64,000 bases of DNA from Candidatus Obscuribacterales bacterium (GTDB taxonomy: Bacteria; Cyanobacteriota; Vampirovibrionia; Obscuribacterales; Obscuribacteraceae), in the NCBI GenBank assembly GCA_965228855.1, contig CBDDIJ010000003.1, forward strand, positions 2,272,001 to 2,336,000, in the 5' to 3' direction. The notes under the pieces were generated by a model. It was given only the letters and a program-made list of their open reading frames with translations, did not search any database and had not been told where the DNA came from. A program made the translations under genes and the position numbers. How positions within the stretch are numbered: position 1 is the stretch's first letter; each line of letters starts with the position of its first letter. This document shows, piece by piece, positions 7,800 to 18,543 of the stretch.

Positions 7800-9413
7800 C
7801 TACACCAAAAGGCGTTTCAAAACTTTGCCCGTCGAATTACGCGGCAGAGCATCTCGAAGTTCAACAATCTTTGGCACCTTATATGGTGCCAACACCTGCG
7901 AACAAAACTCTTTGACTTCGTCCTCAGTCAAACGAATTCCTGGTCTCGGCACCACGACCGCCTTGACGCGCTCGCCCATGAATTTGTCGGGAACTCCGAT
8001 GACAGCAACTTCGAAAACTGTTTCCATGCGCATAATTGCAGTTTCAACCTCGCGCGGATAGACGTTCTGTCCACCCCGGATGATCATTTCTTTCGTGCGT
8101 CCACTTATGTACAGATAACCGTCTTCGTCGAAATATCCAAGATCGCCTGTCAGAAACAAACCATCCTTGAGGCATTCGGCACTTGCTTCGGGCTGTTTGT
8201 AATAACCCTGCATTACGTTGGGGCCTTTGATGGCAACCTGACCGATACTATCCTTGCCTGCCGGCAGAGGCCGCAAGTTAGCATCTACTACGACAAGTTG
8301 GATGCCTGGAACTTTCGGTCCGACGGAACCAAACTTTCTGGGTCCTCGAAGCGGCGTCAGCGTCGCAATACACGTTGTCTCAGTCAGCGCGTATCCTTCC
8401 AATACCGGAACGCCAAGTTGATCGTCAAGCCGCGTCAACAGTTCAGCTTCGAGCGGTGCCGCGCCACATAATCCATACCGAAGAGATGAAAGGTCGTAGG
8501 TATTTTTTTCAAGCTCAAGGGACAAAAATTGATACATCGCGGGCACAGCCGGCATGACAGTGACACCACGATTTTCAATCGTTTTCAAAACCACTTCTGG
8601 ATCGAATTTCTCGACGATCACCATTCCGCCACCCTGGCTTACCATGCCCAGCATGACGACAGTCAGTCCGTATATGTGACACAACGGTAAAACAGCAAGA
8701 ATTCGATCGGACGAGGTGAAATCCAGAATCGCGCGTTTCATCTCTATTGCAGCAATCAGATTTCCATGAGTCAGCATGGCACCTTTAGGTTTGCCAGTAG
8801 TTCCCGAGGTGTAAACCAGCACTGCAAGGTGCTCCTGGCTGATGCTCACTCCGTGGTCGGCAAGCTGCCTGGCAGCAGACGAAGATTCACTTTCGACTTT
8901 AGCGAGTGCTTCACGATCTAACGTGACTACGTACTTACCAGAAGTTTCCTCAATCCTTTTGTCACCCTTGTAGGACAGCGTGAAAATCACATCAAGCTCT
9001 CGAAGCCTTGGCAACGAAGCTTCCAACTCAGCGCACAAATGCTCGTGAAGGATGACACCCCTGGCTTCGGAGTCGCTGAGAATGTGGGCAATCTCGTCCG
9101 CTTTCAACAAAGGATTGATCGGAACTACGGTTGCTCCGGCGTGAACCACCGCAAAAAATGCTGCAATAAAGTCCGGGTGATTTGGAAAGAATACTCCGAC
9201 CTTGTCACCATATTTGATACCAGCTTCATGTAGAGATATCACAAGCGCTCGGACGCGCTGACCAAGTTCTCCGTAGTTGAGAACTTCATCTCCGAAGAAA
9301 ATCGCGGGTCCGGCAGATTGCGATTTGACTTGCTCGGTTAGAAGTCCGGCAATCCCAAAGGGAAAAGTTGAATCTGATACAGCTGCAGGCGCCATAGTCA
9401 CAGAGGTATCCAC
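7800..9413 (-). CDS. Long-chain fatty acid-CoA ligase / AMP-binding enzyme
   Basis: YTSGTTGKPKG, GYALTE, TGDLG, GRTKEMIIRGG.NVYPREVE, LPRNSTGK. Confidence 0.93.
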   Translation of the reverse strand: MDTSVTMAPAAVSDSTFPFGIAGLLTEQVKSQSAGPAIFFGDEVLNYGELGQRVRALVISLHEAGIKYGDKVGVFFPNHPDFIAAFFAVVHAGATVVPINPLLKADEIAHILSDSEARGVILHEHLCAELEASLPRLRELDVIFTLSYKGDKRIEETSGKYVVTLDREALAKVESESSSAARQLADHGVSISQEHLAVLVYTSGTTGKPKGAMLTHGNLIAAIEMKRAILDFTSSDRILAVLPLCHIYGLTVVMLGMVSQGGGMVIVEKFDPEVVLKTIENRGVTVMPAVPAMYQFLSLELEKNTYDLSSLRYGLCGAAPLEAELLTRLDDQLGVPVLEGYALTETTCIATLTPLRGPRKFGSVGPKVPGIQLVVVDANLRPLPAGKDSIGQVAIKGPNVMQGYYKQPEASAECLKDGLFLTGDLGYFDEDGYLYISGRTKEMIIRGGQNVYPREVETAIMRMETVFEVAVIGVPDKFMGERVKAVVVPRPGIRLTEDEVKEFCSQVLAPYKVPKIVELRDALPRNSTGKVLKRLLV

Positions 9414-9607
9414 GAAGAGATCTCCACTAACGAACCAACCGAGAGAAGAGTGTAGAACATTTAGTTATATAGCTTGTTAATGCTTCTTAACGAAAACAAA
9501 ACCGGAAAGCGTCAGGACAGTTCGGGGTTTTAGAAATGAATGAGCCATATTTTCCGATCGCATGAAGACGCAGATGGTAAGTCGCACTTGGGAACAAGAC
9601 CTGTTGT

Positions 9608-11842
9608 CTAACGCGACAGGGATACGCGCTCCTTACGTCCGGCGTGCTCGAAGTAATATTCGCGTTGCGGCGCGATGTACCCGAAATTAACCAGGTCGCT
9701 TTTGAACTCGCCGTTCTCCCACCTTAAAAGCCACTCGTTGTAACCATCTTCCTCGTACTCGAAACTGATTCCATCATCGTCAAGGTACAAACCGATAGCC
9801 TTATCTCCCCAGATTCTGAAGGTGATCGGCGTCAATTCGTACTCATCAGTAGATTGAATTTGATCGACAAAAGGAATGATCGCACCATCTCGAACAAATG
9901 CCGGAATATCATCAAGGTCGAACGAAACCTTGTGCAGACGCCCACCTTCGAGTGCCTTGCCTCCATCGAACGGATGCCAGAGACCTTCAGGGAGATAAAC
10001 GCTGCGCTCTGCCTGTCCGCGCTTGAGAACTGGTGTCACTAGAATATCTCGACCGAATAGAAACTGATCGTCGATCTCCGCAGCAAAATGATCGTCCGGA
10101 TAGTCCCAGATCATCGGACGAACAATCGGTGCTCCTGTGCGCACGTGCTCCCAGAACAACGCACGAATATAAGGAAGCAGACGATATCGCGTTTCAACAA
10201 AGTGCCGAATCGCGTCTTCAACCCGCGGGCTGAAGGCCCACGGCTCTTGCTCCGCTCCGGCTTTGGAACAGTGGTTCCGGAAAAACGGATAAAACATTCC
10301 GACTGCATACCAGCGAGCAAGGAGTTCCGGCGAACAATCATCACCGAATCCACCAACATCGACTCCGCAAAACGGAACACCGCTCAAGCCCACGTTTAAC
10401 AACATCGGAACTGAAATTGCCAGATGCTCCCACCACGACATATTGTCCCCGAGCCAGACAGCGGCATAGCGCTGAATACCGGCGTAACCGGAGCGAGTTA
10501 AAACGAAAGGTCTCTCGTCCGGACGCAATGCCCGCAGCCCTTCGTAAGTGGCGCGACTCATTTGGGCTCCATAGAGATTGCGAACCTCGAAGTGCCCGAC
10601 GTCACCTTCCGGACTGTGTTGAATAAATAATTGATGATGTTCTTTGGGCAACTCAATCGCTTCAAGAGGAAGAGGACATCCTTGTCCCAGAAGACATGGT
10701 TCGTTCATGTCATTCCAAATTCCGTTCACCCCATTTTCAATGAAGAAGCCGTGAAGAGCCGCCCACCAGAGACGAACGTCCTGGCGCAGGAAGTCCGGAA
10801 ACACACTTTGTCCTGGCCATACCTTTCCATAAAACGGTTTACCATCGGCCTTCTTACAGAAGTAATCGTGCTTACGCCCATCGTTGTAAACGAAATACTT
10901 TGCGTCTTTTTTCACGCCAGGATCAACGATAGTCACGACGCGAAAATTCATGTCCTGCAATCTGGCTACCGTGTCCCTGAAGTTCGGAAATCTCTCCGGC
11001 GATGTAGTGAAGACCCGGTATTCGTCCATATAATCGATGTCGAGTGTGATGACGTCGCAAGGGATTTTGCGAGCACGAAACTCCTGTGCAACTTCAAGCA
11101 CCGTTTTATCATCCGGATAACTCCAGCGCGATTGATGATGTCCAAGCGACCAGGTCGGCGGAAGTTTCGACCGTCCGGTCAACGCGGTGTACGATGCCAG
11201 CAAGTCCGGCAGCGAAGCGTTTAAAAACATATACAGCGTCCATCCCCGCCGCGAAAGCAGCTCGACGCTTGCGCTTTCAGCCAATTCAACATCGAGGGAC
11301 CAACGCTGACGCGCAGGCGAATCCAGGAAAATTCCGTGGTATCGCCCCTGGTGCCGGATAATTAAAAACGGAATGGACTTGTACATCGGATCAAAGTTGG
11401 GAACATGCGTGCTGTCTCCGTAATTGAACAGAGTATGTACGCGCCCCCTCAAATTGAATCCGGAAAGCCGCTCACCAAGACCAAAACATTTCGCCTCTGC
11501 GGGCAGATTGAAGTAAAAATGCCAGCGACATTCCGAAGACTGTTGCCATTCCAGATTGAACGGCAATTTCTCTTCTAAGCTCTTTCTCCAGGACAGCGAC
11601 TCTTCCACATCACCGTCGCCAAGTTGCGCCGTCGCGGTCTCTTCCAAAAGTGCAAATGATACCGGCGCGGCTTCAGCACCTCTGGGCCACGCACAAATTC
11701 TGGTTACAGGAACGCCCTGAACTTCAGTGGTGTCCGACGTCCACCCCCCAGCGAAGACATTTTCGGGGCGCTTTTCTTCTCGACCTCTCGTCTTGATCTT
11801 GCGCGCTTCCAACCAATCAGTGGGTGACTCTAGCTGTTTCAA
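9608..11842 (-). CDS. Glycoside hydrolase family 31 (alpha-glucosidase-like)
   Basis: FGLGER, YKSIPF, HQSRWSY, LDIDYM, catalytic WNDMNEP and WLGDN, PFFRNH. Start placed at TTG 11842 after a GGAGAG SD (ORF track start 11953). Confidence 0.92.
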   Translation of the reverse strand: MKQLESPTDWLEARKIKTRGREEKRPENVFAGGWTSDTTEVQGVPVTRICAWPRGAEAAPVSFALLEETATAQLGDGDVEESLSWRKSLEEKLPFNLEWQQSSECRWHFYFNLPAEAKCFGLGERLSGFNLRGRVHTLFNYGDSTHVPNFDPMYKSIPFLIIRHQGRYHGIFLDSPARQRWSLDVELAESASVELLSRRGWTLYMFLNASLPDLLASYTALTGRSKLPPTWSLGHHQSRWSYPDDKTVLEVAQEFRARKIPCDVITLDIDYMDEYRVFTTSPERFPNFRDTVARLQDMNFRVVTIVDPGVKKDAKYFVYNDGRKHDYFCKKADGKPFYGKVWPGQSVFPDFLRQDVRLWWAALHGFFIENGVNGIWNDMNEPCLLGQGCPLPLEAIELPKEHHQLFIQHSPEGDVGHFEVRNLYGAQMSRATYEGLRALRPDERPFVLTRSGYAGIQRYAAVWLGDNMSWWEHLAISVPMLLNVGLSGVPFCGVDVGGFGDDCSPELLARWYAVGMFYPFFRNHCSKAGAEQEPWAFSPRVEDAIRHFVETRYRLLPYIRALFWEHVRTGAPIVRPMIWDYPDDHFAAEIDDQFLFGRDILVTPVLKRGQAERSVYLPEGLWHPFDGGKALEGGRLHKVSFDLDDIPAFVRDGAIIPFVDQIQSTDEYELTPITFRIWGDKAIGLYLDDDGISFEYEEDGYNEWLLRWENGEFKSDLVNFGYIAPQREYYFEHAGRKERVSLSR

Positions 11843-12085
11843 TTGACACTCTCCGACGCAAAACAGGTCATGACTCATCGGCAAACAGACGCAGTGCCGC
11901 AGACTTTCATGACAACCGCGCGCGGAAACGCACGCACCTGATAAGTTTATCACCGAGACGATTTTTTAATTCACCCAGAGACTACTTTGGATCTCACTTC
12001 CAATTAGATTTTGCGTTTGCGCTAAGTGCGTCACTAATGAATCGTTCCGCAACGGTTGCAAAAAGAGTCGCGCAGCTGAGCAAAT

Positions 12086-13879
12086 CTATTGAGTTACTTT
12101 CTTCAGCTCGTCAAGACGCTTTTGAACTTCGTCCACCCGCTTGTCCTCTTTAGAGGTTCCATCCACAAATCGAGTCCAAGCCTGAATCGCGCCAGCCGTG
12201 TCGTTTGTTTTTTCAAGCGCCTGTCCGAGTACATAGTAGTATTCAGTCTCACGAGCTCCCAATTCCAGTGCCTCGCGATAAGCCGCATGAGCGGCGTGTT
12301 CATCCTTATTCGCCATGAGCAGATTGCCAAGGTTCACGAGCGCATCGAAAGAGTGTTCGTCAAGAAACACTGCTTCCTGAGCTTCCGAGATAGCTTGTTT
12401 CAATTTCCCCTGTTTAACGAGCACGTCACTCATTCTGACCCGAAGACCAGCGTCACCGGGATAGAGTGTAACCGCATGAGTAAGCAATTCAGAAGCTCGA
12501 TCGTACTGCTCAGATTCCTGAGCAGCATTTGCCAGGTTATCAATCGCACTCAAGTTCTTATCATTCAATCTGTAAGCCTCTTGCCACTCTTCGGTGGAAT
12601 TTTGTCCGAGGCGATCCTGCGTTCTTGCAACCCATGAGTGATAGCTGCTGACGAATGGAGATACTTTGGTAGCTTCTTTGTATTCAGCAAGCGCATTCTC
12701 ATGCTCGCCTTTAAACTGCAATAGCCGTCCTAATAGATAATGCCCAGCTCCAAAGCTGGGATTTTCCTTCAGGTGTTCACGAACGGTAGCGATCATAGAT
12801 TCGACCGAGCCTTTGAATTCTTCAGAAATCGAACTCGGCGATGTTGAATCTTCAAGCTTGCGCAATGGAGCCGACGAGTCAGACCAGCCCTCGAGTTTCG
12901 CTCGATTAGCACGATGTTGATCCAGCAACTCCTGCCCCTTCGAGTAAATCTCCTGCCCTTTGAGATACAGAGCGATTTCTTCCGGAAGTTTGGAAACAGG
13001 ATCTTCTGCTTTCACGCTCAAGTTGATCGCTGAAGTGTTATTTTTAGACAACATAATCGGTGTTTGAACCTTACACCCGGCACAATCCTTCGCAGTGTCA
13101 TATACGGTGTCATTACGAATTTTATTGAAGAGATCGCTGATGGAACCCTCTTCCTTACCAATAGTAAGATCCTCAGCAAAATTGTCAGAGAAATAGGTAC
13201 CCCAAGTAGGCTGCCCCGGCTTGCTCGAGCAGAGCACCGTGAAGTTGTCACCGATATCATTATGGTGAATCGAGACATTGTATCTGCCGAACGCAGTCTT
13301 TAGACCCGCCATCATCTCCGGTGCACCGCTGAATGATGTTTGAAAAACCATCACGATATCCTTGGCTTGAACATTCGTTTTCACCACATGGATAATATCG
13401 TCGACTGAAATCGCTGAGGTAAAGAAATTGGAAAGCCTTGTATCGTACGGCAGTAGGTAAACCTTTCCGTCACTTGATGGGAAGCATTGATTTGCAAAAA
13501 ACAAAACGACCAGATCAGACTTGCGACTCAACGTACCGAGCCACGGTTTTGACAGAGTAGAGAAAATCGCTTGCCTGGTGGCGTCGCGATTGACCATCAG
13601 GCGAACGTGATCTTTAGCGAATCCTTTTGCTTGCAAGGCATCACTGACTCGCTTGGCAGTTTCATCCAGCTGCAGCACCGTATTCAGTGCTGGGTCTTGA
13701 TGAGAGTCGATGCCGATAACCACAGCCCATTTGTCACCGTATTTGGTGAACTGTCCGGAGCGGGAACCGGAACTTTCCTTTTCCGACGCGGCGGAGGCCG
13801 GTGCGTTCACAACCAGATTACCGGCAGACAATACCAATAGCGATACCAGAGCAGGCCAGATTCGATTTTTCATTTTCAA
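12086..13879 (-). CDS. Exported caspase-like (peptidase C14) domain plus TPR protein, catalytic dyad absent
   Basis: Signal peptide; KWAVVIGID, ATRQAI, D.VVLFF, YLLPYD, QTP are typical of the C14 fold. SGHG and DAC positions read ANQC and QTS. C-terminal TPR repeats. Confidence 0.75.
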   Translation of the reverse strand: MKMKNRIWPALVSLLVLSAGNLVVNAPASAASEKESSGSRSGQFTKYGDKWAVVIGIDSHQDPALNTVLQLDETAKRVSDALQAKGFAKDHVRLMVNRDATRQAIFSTLSKPWLGTLSRKSDLVVLFFANQCFPSSDGKVYLLPYDTRLSNFFTSAISVDDIIHVVKTNVQAKDIVMVFQTSFSGAPEMMAGLKTAFGRYNVSIHHNDIGDNFTVLCSSKPGQPTWGTYFSDNFAEDLTIGKEEGSISDLFNKIRNDTVYDTAKDCAGCKVQTPIMLSKNNTSAINLSVKAEDPVSKLPEEIALYLKGQEIYSKGQELLDQHRANRAKLEGWSDSSAPLRKLEDSTSPSSISEEFKGSVESMIATVREHLKENPSFGAGHYLLGRLLQFKGEHENALAEYKEATKVSPFVSSYHSWVARTQDRLGQNSTEEWQEAYRLNDKNLSAIDNLANAAQESEQYDRASELLTHAVTLYPGDAGLRVRMSDVLVKQGKLKQAISEAQEAVFLDEHSFDALVNLGNLLMANKDEHAAHAAYREALELGARETEYYYVLGQALEKTNDTAGAIQAWTRFVDGTSKEDKRVDEVQKRLDELKKVTQ

Positions 13880-13885
13880 CTAATT

Positions 13886-14662
13886 TTATTGAAGTATTTT
13901 CTTGAGTCCGTCGGTTACGTTGTTTTCAGCGTAACCGATCGTATAGGTTACCACTTCTCCGTCAGTATTGAGGAAAACAACCGTCGGAATTGGGCTCACT
14001 TCATATTGATCCACGAGCTTCTCGTTCTTGGGATCGTCGATGTCGACTTTCATGATTGAGATCTTGTCGCCATACTCTAGCTTTGCCTTATCGAGCGCCT
14101 TGTCCATGCTGCGACACGGTTGGCACCAGGCCGCGTAAAAATCAATGACCGTTGGGCGCGGCTCATCACCATCGCCACGCATTCTGGAGATTCCGAACAT
14201 TGAGGCGAGCATTCGTGTATCCGAGCCTGTACGCGGTTTCATCAAATCTCTCGGCAATTTCATCATTAAAGCATTAGCTTTCTGCGAGAACGCGTTGCCT
14301 TTACCTACCCGCACTGCCGTCCTCAGATAACGCGCTGCCGTTTTTGCGTCTCCGGCTTTGAGACTTGCTTCACCTGCAAGATATTGCCCCTCAGCACTCT
14401 GCGGATTGGTTTTCAAATAGGCTTCGATTGCGGTTAACGCCTTCTTCGCATTACCTTTGGCGAGATCGGCTCTGGCCGCCGCAAAGGGAGAGGGTTTGGC
14501 GGAAGTAGCCGGCTTAGCACTTGCCGTCCCGGTCTTCGCGCCTTTAGTCATCGCACTCGGACTTACGGCGCCAGCACCGGCGTATGCGCCGGCGGCTGCA
14601 ACCAGGACCAACGACGATATCGCTGCGGCCTGCAACTTGTCGCGTCGTGTTGAAGATTTCAT
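13886..14662 (-). CDS. Exported TPR plus thioredoxin domain protein
   Basis: Signal peptide, TPR-like helices, DFYAAWCQPC and IPT cis-Pro motif. Confidence 0.88.
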   Translation of the reverse strand: MKSSTRRDKLQAAAISSLVLVAAAGAYAGAGAVSPSAMTKGAKTGTASAKPATSAKPSPFAAARADLAKGNAKKALTAIEAYLKTNPQSAEGQYLAGEASLKAGDAKTAARYLRTAVRVGKGNAFSQKANALMMKLPRDLMKPRTGSDTRMLASMFGISRMRGDGDEPRPTVIDFYAAWCQPCRSMDKALDKAKLEYGDKISIMKVDIDDPKNEKLVDQYEVSPIPTVVFLNTDGEVVTYTIGYAENNVTDGLKKILQ

Positions 14663-14684
14663 ACAATAACCTCTCTTGCCGAGT

Positions 14685-15941
14685 CTATTTTAGCTCGCTT
14701 GTTCCGCCAGTGACCTTGTTCGCGTGCTCGTCAGATTGAGCATCAGCACGCTTTTCAGATTGCTCTTCAGTTTTCTTGCCAGTCGATTCTTCAATTGCTT
14801 TTCCGGGCTCCTGCTCGGTCTGCTTCTCAACTGTTTTTTCTGCTTTCTCCTCACCTTGCGCCTCCACCGAAGCCGGTTTTGGCAAGCGCGCCGTGATCCA
14901 GGAATCAACCGTAGCGATTTCCTGATCTGTAAACTGGTTTTCCTCGAAAATTAGGTGCTCCGCTTTCGGAATTAAAACAATTTGACGATCAGCGGTACTC
15001 AAGTGGTTGAAGAGCTCCACAGTCCCCTCCGGTCGCACTAGCTTATCCTGACACCCCTGCACGATCAGGACAGATGTTTTCACAATATTCTTTGCGCAAT
15101 CGTGGTTTCCATTCATAAAGTTCTGAAACTGCAAAAGCTCTTTCGGCGACATCTTCACTCTGGCAAGCGGATCCTCGAGCCAGGCTTTGCGAACTTCTTC
15201 TTTTTGAGTAGCTTGCGTAACTACACCTTCGCCAATATTGATCTCTTTGTTCTTATTGCTCAGATAGGACAACGCCACTTTCAGACTTGTTTTCGCCTGA
15301 TTGAAACGATCGCCTGCCGGAACCGATGAAATCAAACCGTCGACCAGTTCGGGGTAGAGCGATGTCACACGCAAAGCTATAGCACCGCCCATCGATTCGC
15401 CGAGGAGGAAAACCGGCACGCCTGGATGCGCTCGACGCACAACTTTCAAAGTGGTACGGACATCATTCAAACAAAGATCGAAGTCGACCTTTTCCTGACC
15501 CTTGTTCTCCATCCAGGCGCCGAAACCACGAACATCAATCGCATAAACCGCATAGCCCATGTCTGCCATGCGCTTTCCAAACGGCTCGTAAGTTCCGTTG
15601 TGCAAACCCAGACCGTGGACGCATACCAGCACTGCTTGTATCGGCTTGTCACGATTCACCCAAGCTAAGCATGGAGCTGTCCCGCGCACCGCAGATTTGC
15701 TTTTCTGCGATTTGCCTTTACCGCGCACCACCACTTGCTTCTTGCCAGGTTTTGATTTACCAATGTCGCCTTGCTGAGCATTTGGCTCAACGCTCCCGGC
15801 AGGGCGGGCATAAACGCTCGCGTCAAGTGACGTGGCAAAAGCCAGCAACAGCGTCAGAGCTTGAATGGGTCGAGTCAGTTTCACAAAAAATGCCATGTCT
15901 ATCGACAGCAGGCGGACGTTTTGACCTTCCGTATGGACCAT
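14685..15941 (-). CDS. Alpha/beta hydrolase (lysophospholipase/monoacylglycerol lipase-like), probably exported
   Basis: HGLGLH, DVRGFG, GESMGG nucleophile, GCQD, AEH. The true start may be MAFFVK. Confidence 0.88.
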   Translation of the reverse strand: MVHTEGQNVRLLSIDMAFFVKLTRPIQALTLLLAFATSLDASVYARPAGSVEPNAQQGDIGKSKPGKKQVVVRGKGKSQKSKSAVRGTAPCLAWVNRDKPIQAVLVCVHGLGLHNGTYEPFGKRMADMGYAVYAIDVRGFGAWMENKGQEKVDFDLCLNDVRTTLKVVRRAHPGVPVFLLGESMGGAIALRVTSLYPELVDGLISSVPAGDRFNQAKTSLKVALSYLSNKNKEINIGEGVVTQATQKEEVRKAWLEDPLARVKMSPKELLQFQNFMNGNHDCAKNIVKTSVLIVQGCQDKLVRPEGTVELFNHLSTADRQIVLIPKAEHLIFEENQFTDQEIATVDSWITARLPKPASVEAQGEEKAEKTVEKQTEQEPGKAIEESTGKKTEEQSEKRADAQSDEHANKVTGGTSELK

Positions 15942-16228
15942 GATAGCGAACGCTGCTTGAAATCGCTGAAATCAGGTGTTTTTGTTAACCTCTCAGCCGG
16001 GATTTTTACAGTGCTCGACCAATGGGCGAAAGGTTCGATTTCGATTAGTGAGAACTTATTTAAGGGACGGCAGATTTGTTTGCTTCGGAATTGCCCTTCC
16101 TGAGCCACGTTCGCTCGCTTGCTTTCAGTGAAGCCTGCCGCATATACGAAAACTGATACAGGCTTAAATCGGAAATCCTTTATTGATTAAGGACAATATA
16201 GTCACTATCGGAAAATAGAAGATTACCA

Positions 16229-17608
16229 TTGACCGCAAGTCCTGACAGACCGAGGAACGCGCGTAACACTGGCAGCAGTGTCGATACATCGTTGCGCGCG
16301 GTTGAAGCGCTAACAGTCGTCCAGACACAGGACGTCGCACTGGAGATGCCTTCAGATCGAACAGTCGAGAGAAAGCGTACCGGTGCTCGAGACCGGATTC
16401 AAAAGCTCTCGTTTCTTAACCTTTCATCTTTCGTTGCCACAACAACCGCGGATATTTTCTCAATTCTCGCAGTCTCACCGTTTGTGTTATTTACGGGTCC
16501 GGATCAAACCGATACCGCATTCGGTATCATTGTTCCCGTCACGATTCTCTGCTTGGCACCGTTGATCGGCGCAACTCTCGCGGCAAAACTTCAGCCTTCG
16601 TTCCTGGCTCTATCTTCATGCGGAGCTCGCCTGGTCATAGCGTCTTCACTTTTCGGGAACCTTGGTGGAGTGCAGATGACCGCCAACACAATTTTTTTAA
16701 GTATCGCGTTTATCTGGGGACTTCGCCTTCAGGAAGTATCCGCATCTCCATTGGACAAGACAAAAACAGGAAGAATTTTTCTTTACACATACCCGCTTCT
16801 GGCACTATTGGCGGTGCTCAAATTTTTTGAGCAACTGCAGCCATCATTCATGCCGACTGCATTATCTCTTTATGCGGTCGGTTTAGTTTTACTGGGATTG
16901 GATCAAATTATCGCGCGGATAAGAACCACGGGTAATACCGTACAGAATGATCTGAGCAATCAATCTGATACAACTGCAGATGCCGAAAATAACAAAACAG
17001 TCCAGACGGCAGGGAAGAAAGCGTTCACCACAGAGGTGTACGAAGTATTGCTTTCAGTCATGGCAGCCGTTCTACCGGTGGCTTCCGTGATTCTAGTGAT
17101 AACAGATCAGGGACTTCCGGCACCAATGCTCCGATACGACGTGCTAGCCAGTCTCGCCGGTTTCAGTATCGGAGCCGTGGCAACAGCGATAATAAGTCAA
17201 AAGTACTGGTTTAAAATTACGCATTTGCACATGGCATTTGTTGGTTTTCTGGGCATCCTTCTAATTTCGCGGACCTCGATTCTTGCTTTATCCGCTCTGC
17301 TTTTCACAAGCGTCATCGCAGGTGCCATCACTATGACCGTGAACCAAACGCGGTGGCAAAAGCCAGTGACACTATCATTGCTCGTGCTGGCTGCCTATTT
17401 TTCATATCTCTATCTCACACCTTTTCAGAGCACGTGGATGCCAATCCACGCACTGCGAATGCTGGTTGGAAACATGCTAATTGTTTCAGTCGCTGCGTTA
17501 TTCGTCTCGACCAGGGGACGAGCCACTATTATCGCTCTGGTCAGGAAGATATCGCGCGCGAAAAACAGTGGTGGCGCATTCAATACCAGCTCCGACCGGG
17601 GCATTTGA
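16229..17608 (+). CDS. Polytopic membrane protein, MFS-like topology
   Basis: About 12 hydrophobic segments in two halves separated by a hydrophilic loop. No family motif recognised. Confidence 0.5.
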   Translation: MTASPDRPRNARNTGSSVDTSLRAVEALTVVQTQDVALEMPSDRTVERKRTGARDRIQKLSFLNLSSFVATTTADIFSILAVSPFVLFTGPDQTDTAFGIIVPVTILCLAPLIGATLAAKLQPSFLALSSCGARLVIASSLFGNLGGVQMTANTIFLSIAFIWGLRLQEVSASPLDKTKTGRIFLYTYPLLALLAVLKFFEQLQPSFMPTALSLYAVGLVLLGLDQIIARIRTTGNTVQNDLSNQSDTTADAENNKTVQTAGKKAFTTEVYEVLLSVMAAVLPVASVILVITDQGLPAPMLRYDVLASLAGFSIGAVATAIISQKYWFKITHLHMAFVGFLGILLISRTSILALSALLFTSVIAGAITMTVNQTRWQKPVTLSLLVLAAYFSYLYLTPFQSTWMPIHALRMLVGNMLIVSVAALFVSTRGRATIIALVRKISRAKNSGGAFNTSSDRGI

Positions 17609-17610
17609 CA

Positions 17611-18375
17611 ATGAGTTCGGAAGTCCTCAACAACACTACTTTCATCCTGGTGAGACCGGAGTATCTGGGTAACATAGGTTCTACCTGCAGAGTGATGAAA
17701 AATTTTGGATTTACGGATCTTCGGCTGGTCAATCCGCCTCGCAACTACAAAGACGCTGAGGCTCGCCAAATGGCTGTCGGCGCTTTTGATGTTTTGAAAA
17801 ATGCGGTGGTCTACGAACAACTAGAAGATGCAATCGCCGACATCAACATGACAGTTTCAACCTCCTCCGGTCGTCGCCGGAGCCGACCGCTCGAAAATCT
17901 CGCAGACATCGTCGACGACCTTGCCGTCAAAGCTGAGTCGAACAAAATTGCGTTTGTGTTTGGTAATGAGCGCAACGGTTTATTAGATGAAGAGGTTTCG
18001 CTTTGCAACAGAAGGATGCGAATTGAATCTTCTGAGATTTATCCTTCTCTGAATCTGGCGCAGTCGGTCGGAATAATTGCATACAGTTTGGCAACAACAA
18101 CGGCAAAACATATTGACCAACCGTCCGCTAAAAAAACGGTGATCGAGTTGCCGAACTCGGCAGAACTAAAGGAACTTATCGACCAGCTAGACCTGCTACT
18201 TGGCAATATTGAATTTTCGCGTTCGTATAACAAGCGACTGATACTCCAAGAACTGAAGGATGGAATTGACCGCATGACGCCCAGCCGGCGCGAAGCGGCG
18301 ATACTGAAGGGAGCGCTCTTCCGGCTCAACGGCAAGTTAAAATCAACGTCAAATAGCTCAGGAGAAGAGACGTAA
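17611..18375 (+). CDS. trmJ: TrmJ/LasT-family SPOUT RNA methyltransferase
   Basis: ILVRPEYLGNIGS..RVMKNFG..DLRLVNP, FGNERNGL, YPSLNLAQSV. Start at MSSEV (17611). Confidence 0.88.
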   Translation: MSSEVLNNTTFILVRPEYLGNIGSTCRVMKNFGFTDLRLVNPPRNYKDAEARQMAVGAFDVLKNAVVYEQLEDAIADINMTVSTSSGRRRSRPLENLADIVDDLAVKAESNKIAFVFGNERNGLLDEEVSLCNRRMRIESSEIYPSLNLAQSVGIIAYSLATTTAKHIDQPSAKKTVIELPNSAELKELIDQLDLLLGNIEFSRSYNKRLILQELKDGIDRMTPSRREAAILKGALFRLNGKLKSTSNSSGEET

Positions 18376-18543
18376 AGGATTTAACATCGAAATCATCGAT
18401 AGAGTCGGCAATCTGATTTTATTCGGGTAAAAAAAGAAGCAAACAGAACAACTGGTCGATTTTTAGGATACTATTTTTAGCTGGGGAAAACGGCTCTCAC
18501 TTCGGCAAGTTTTGAGAGCCAATCAGAAGAGGCACGGCTTTAC

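Noticed and set aside
17353..17610. N-terminal extension of the TrmJ-like ORF
   Set aside because: It overlaps the upstream membrane protein gene; the SPOUT domain begins at ATG 17611.
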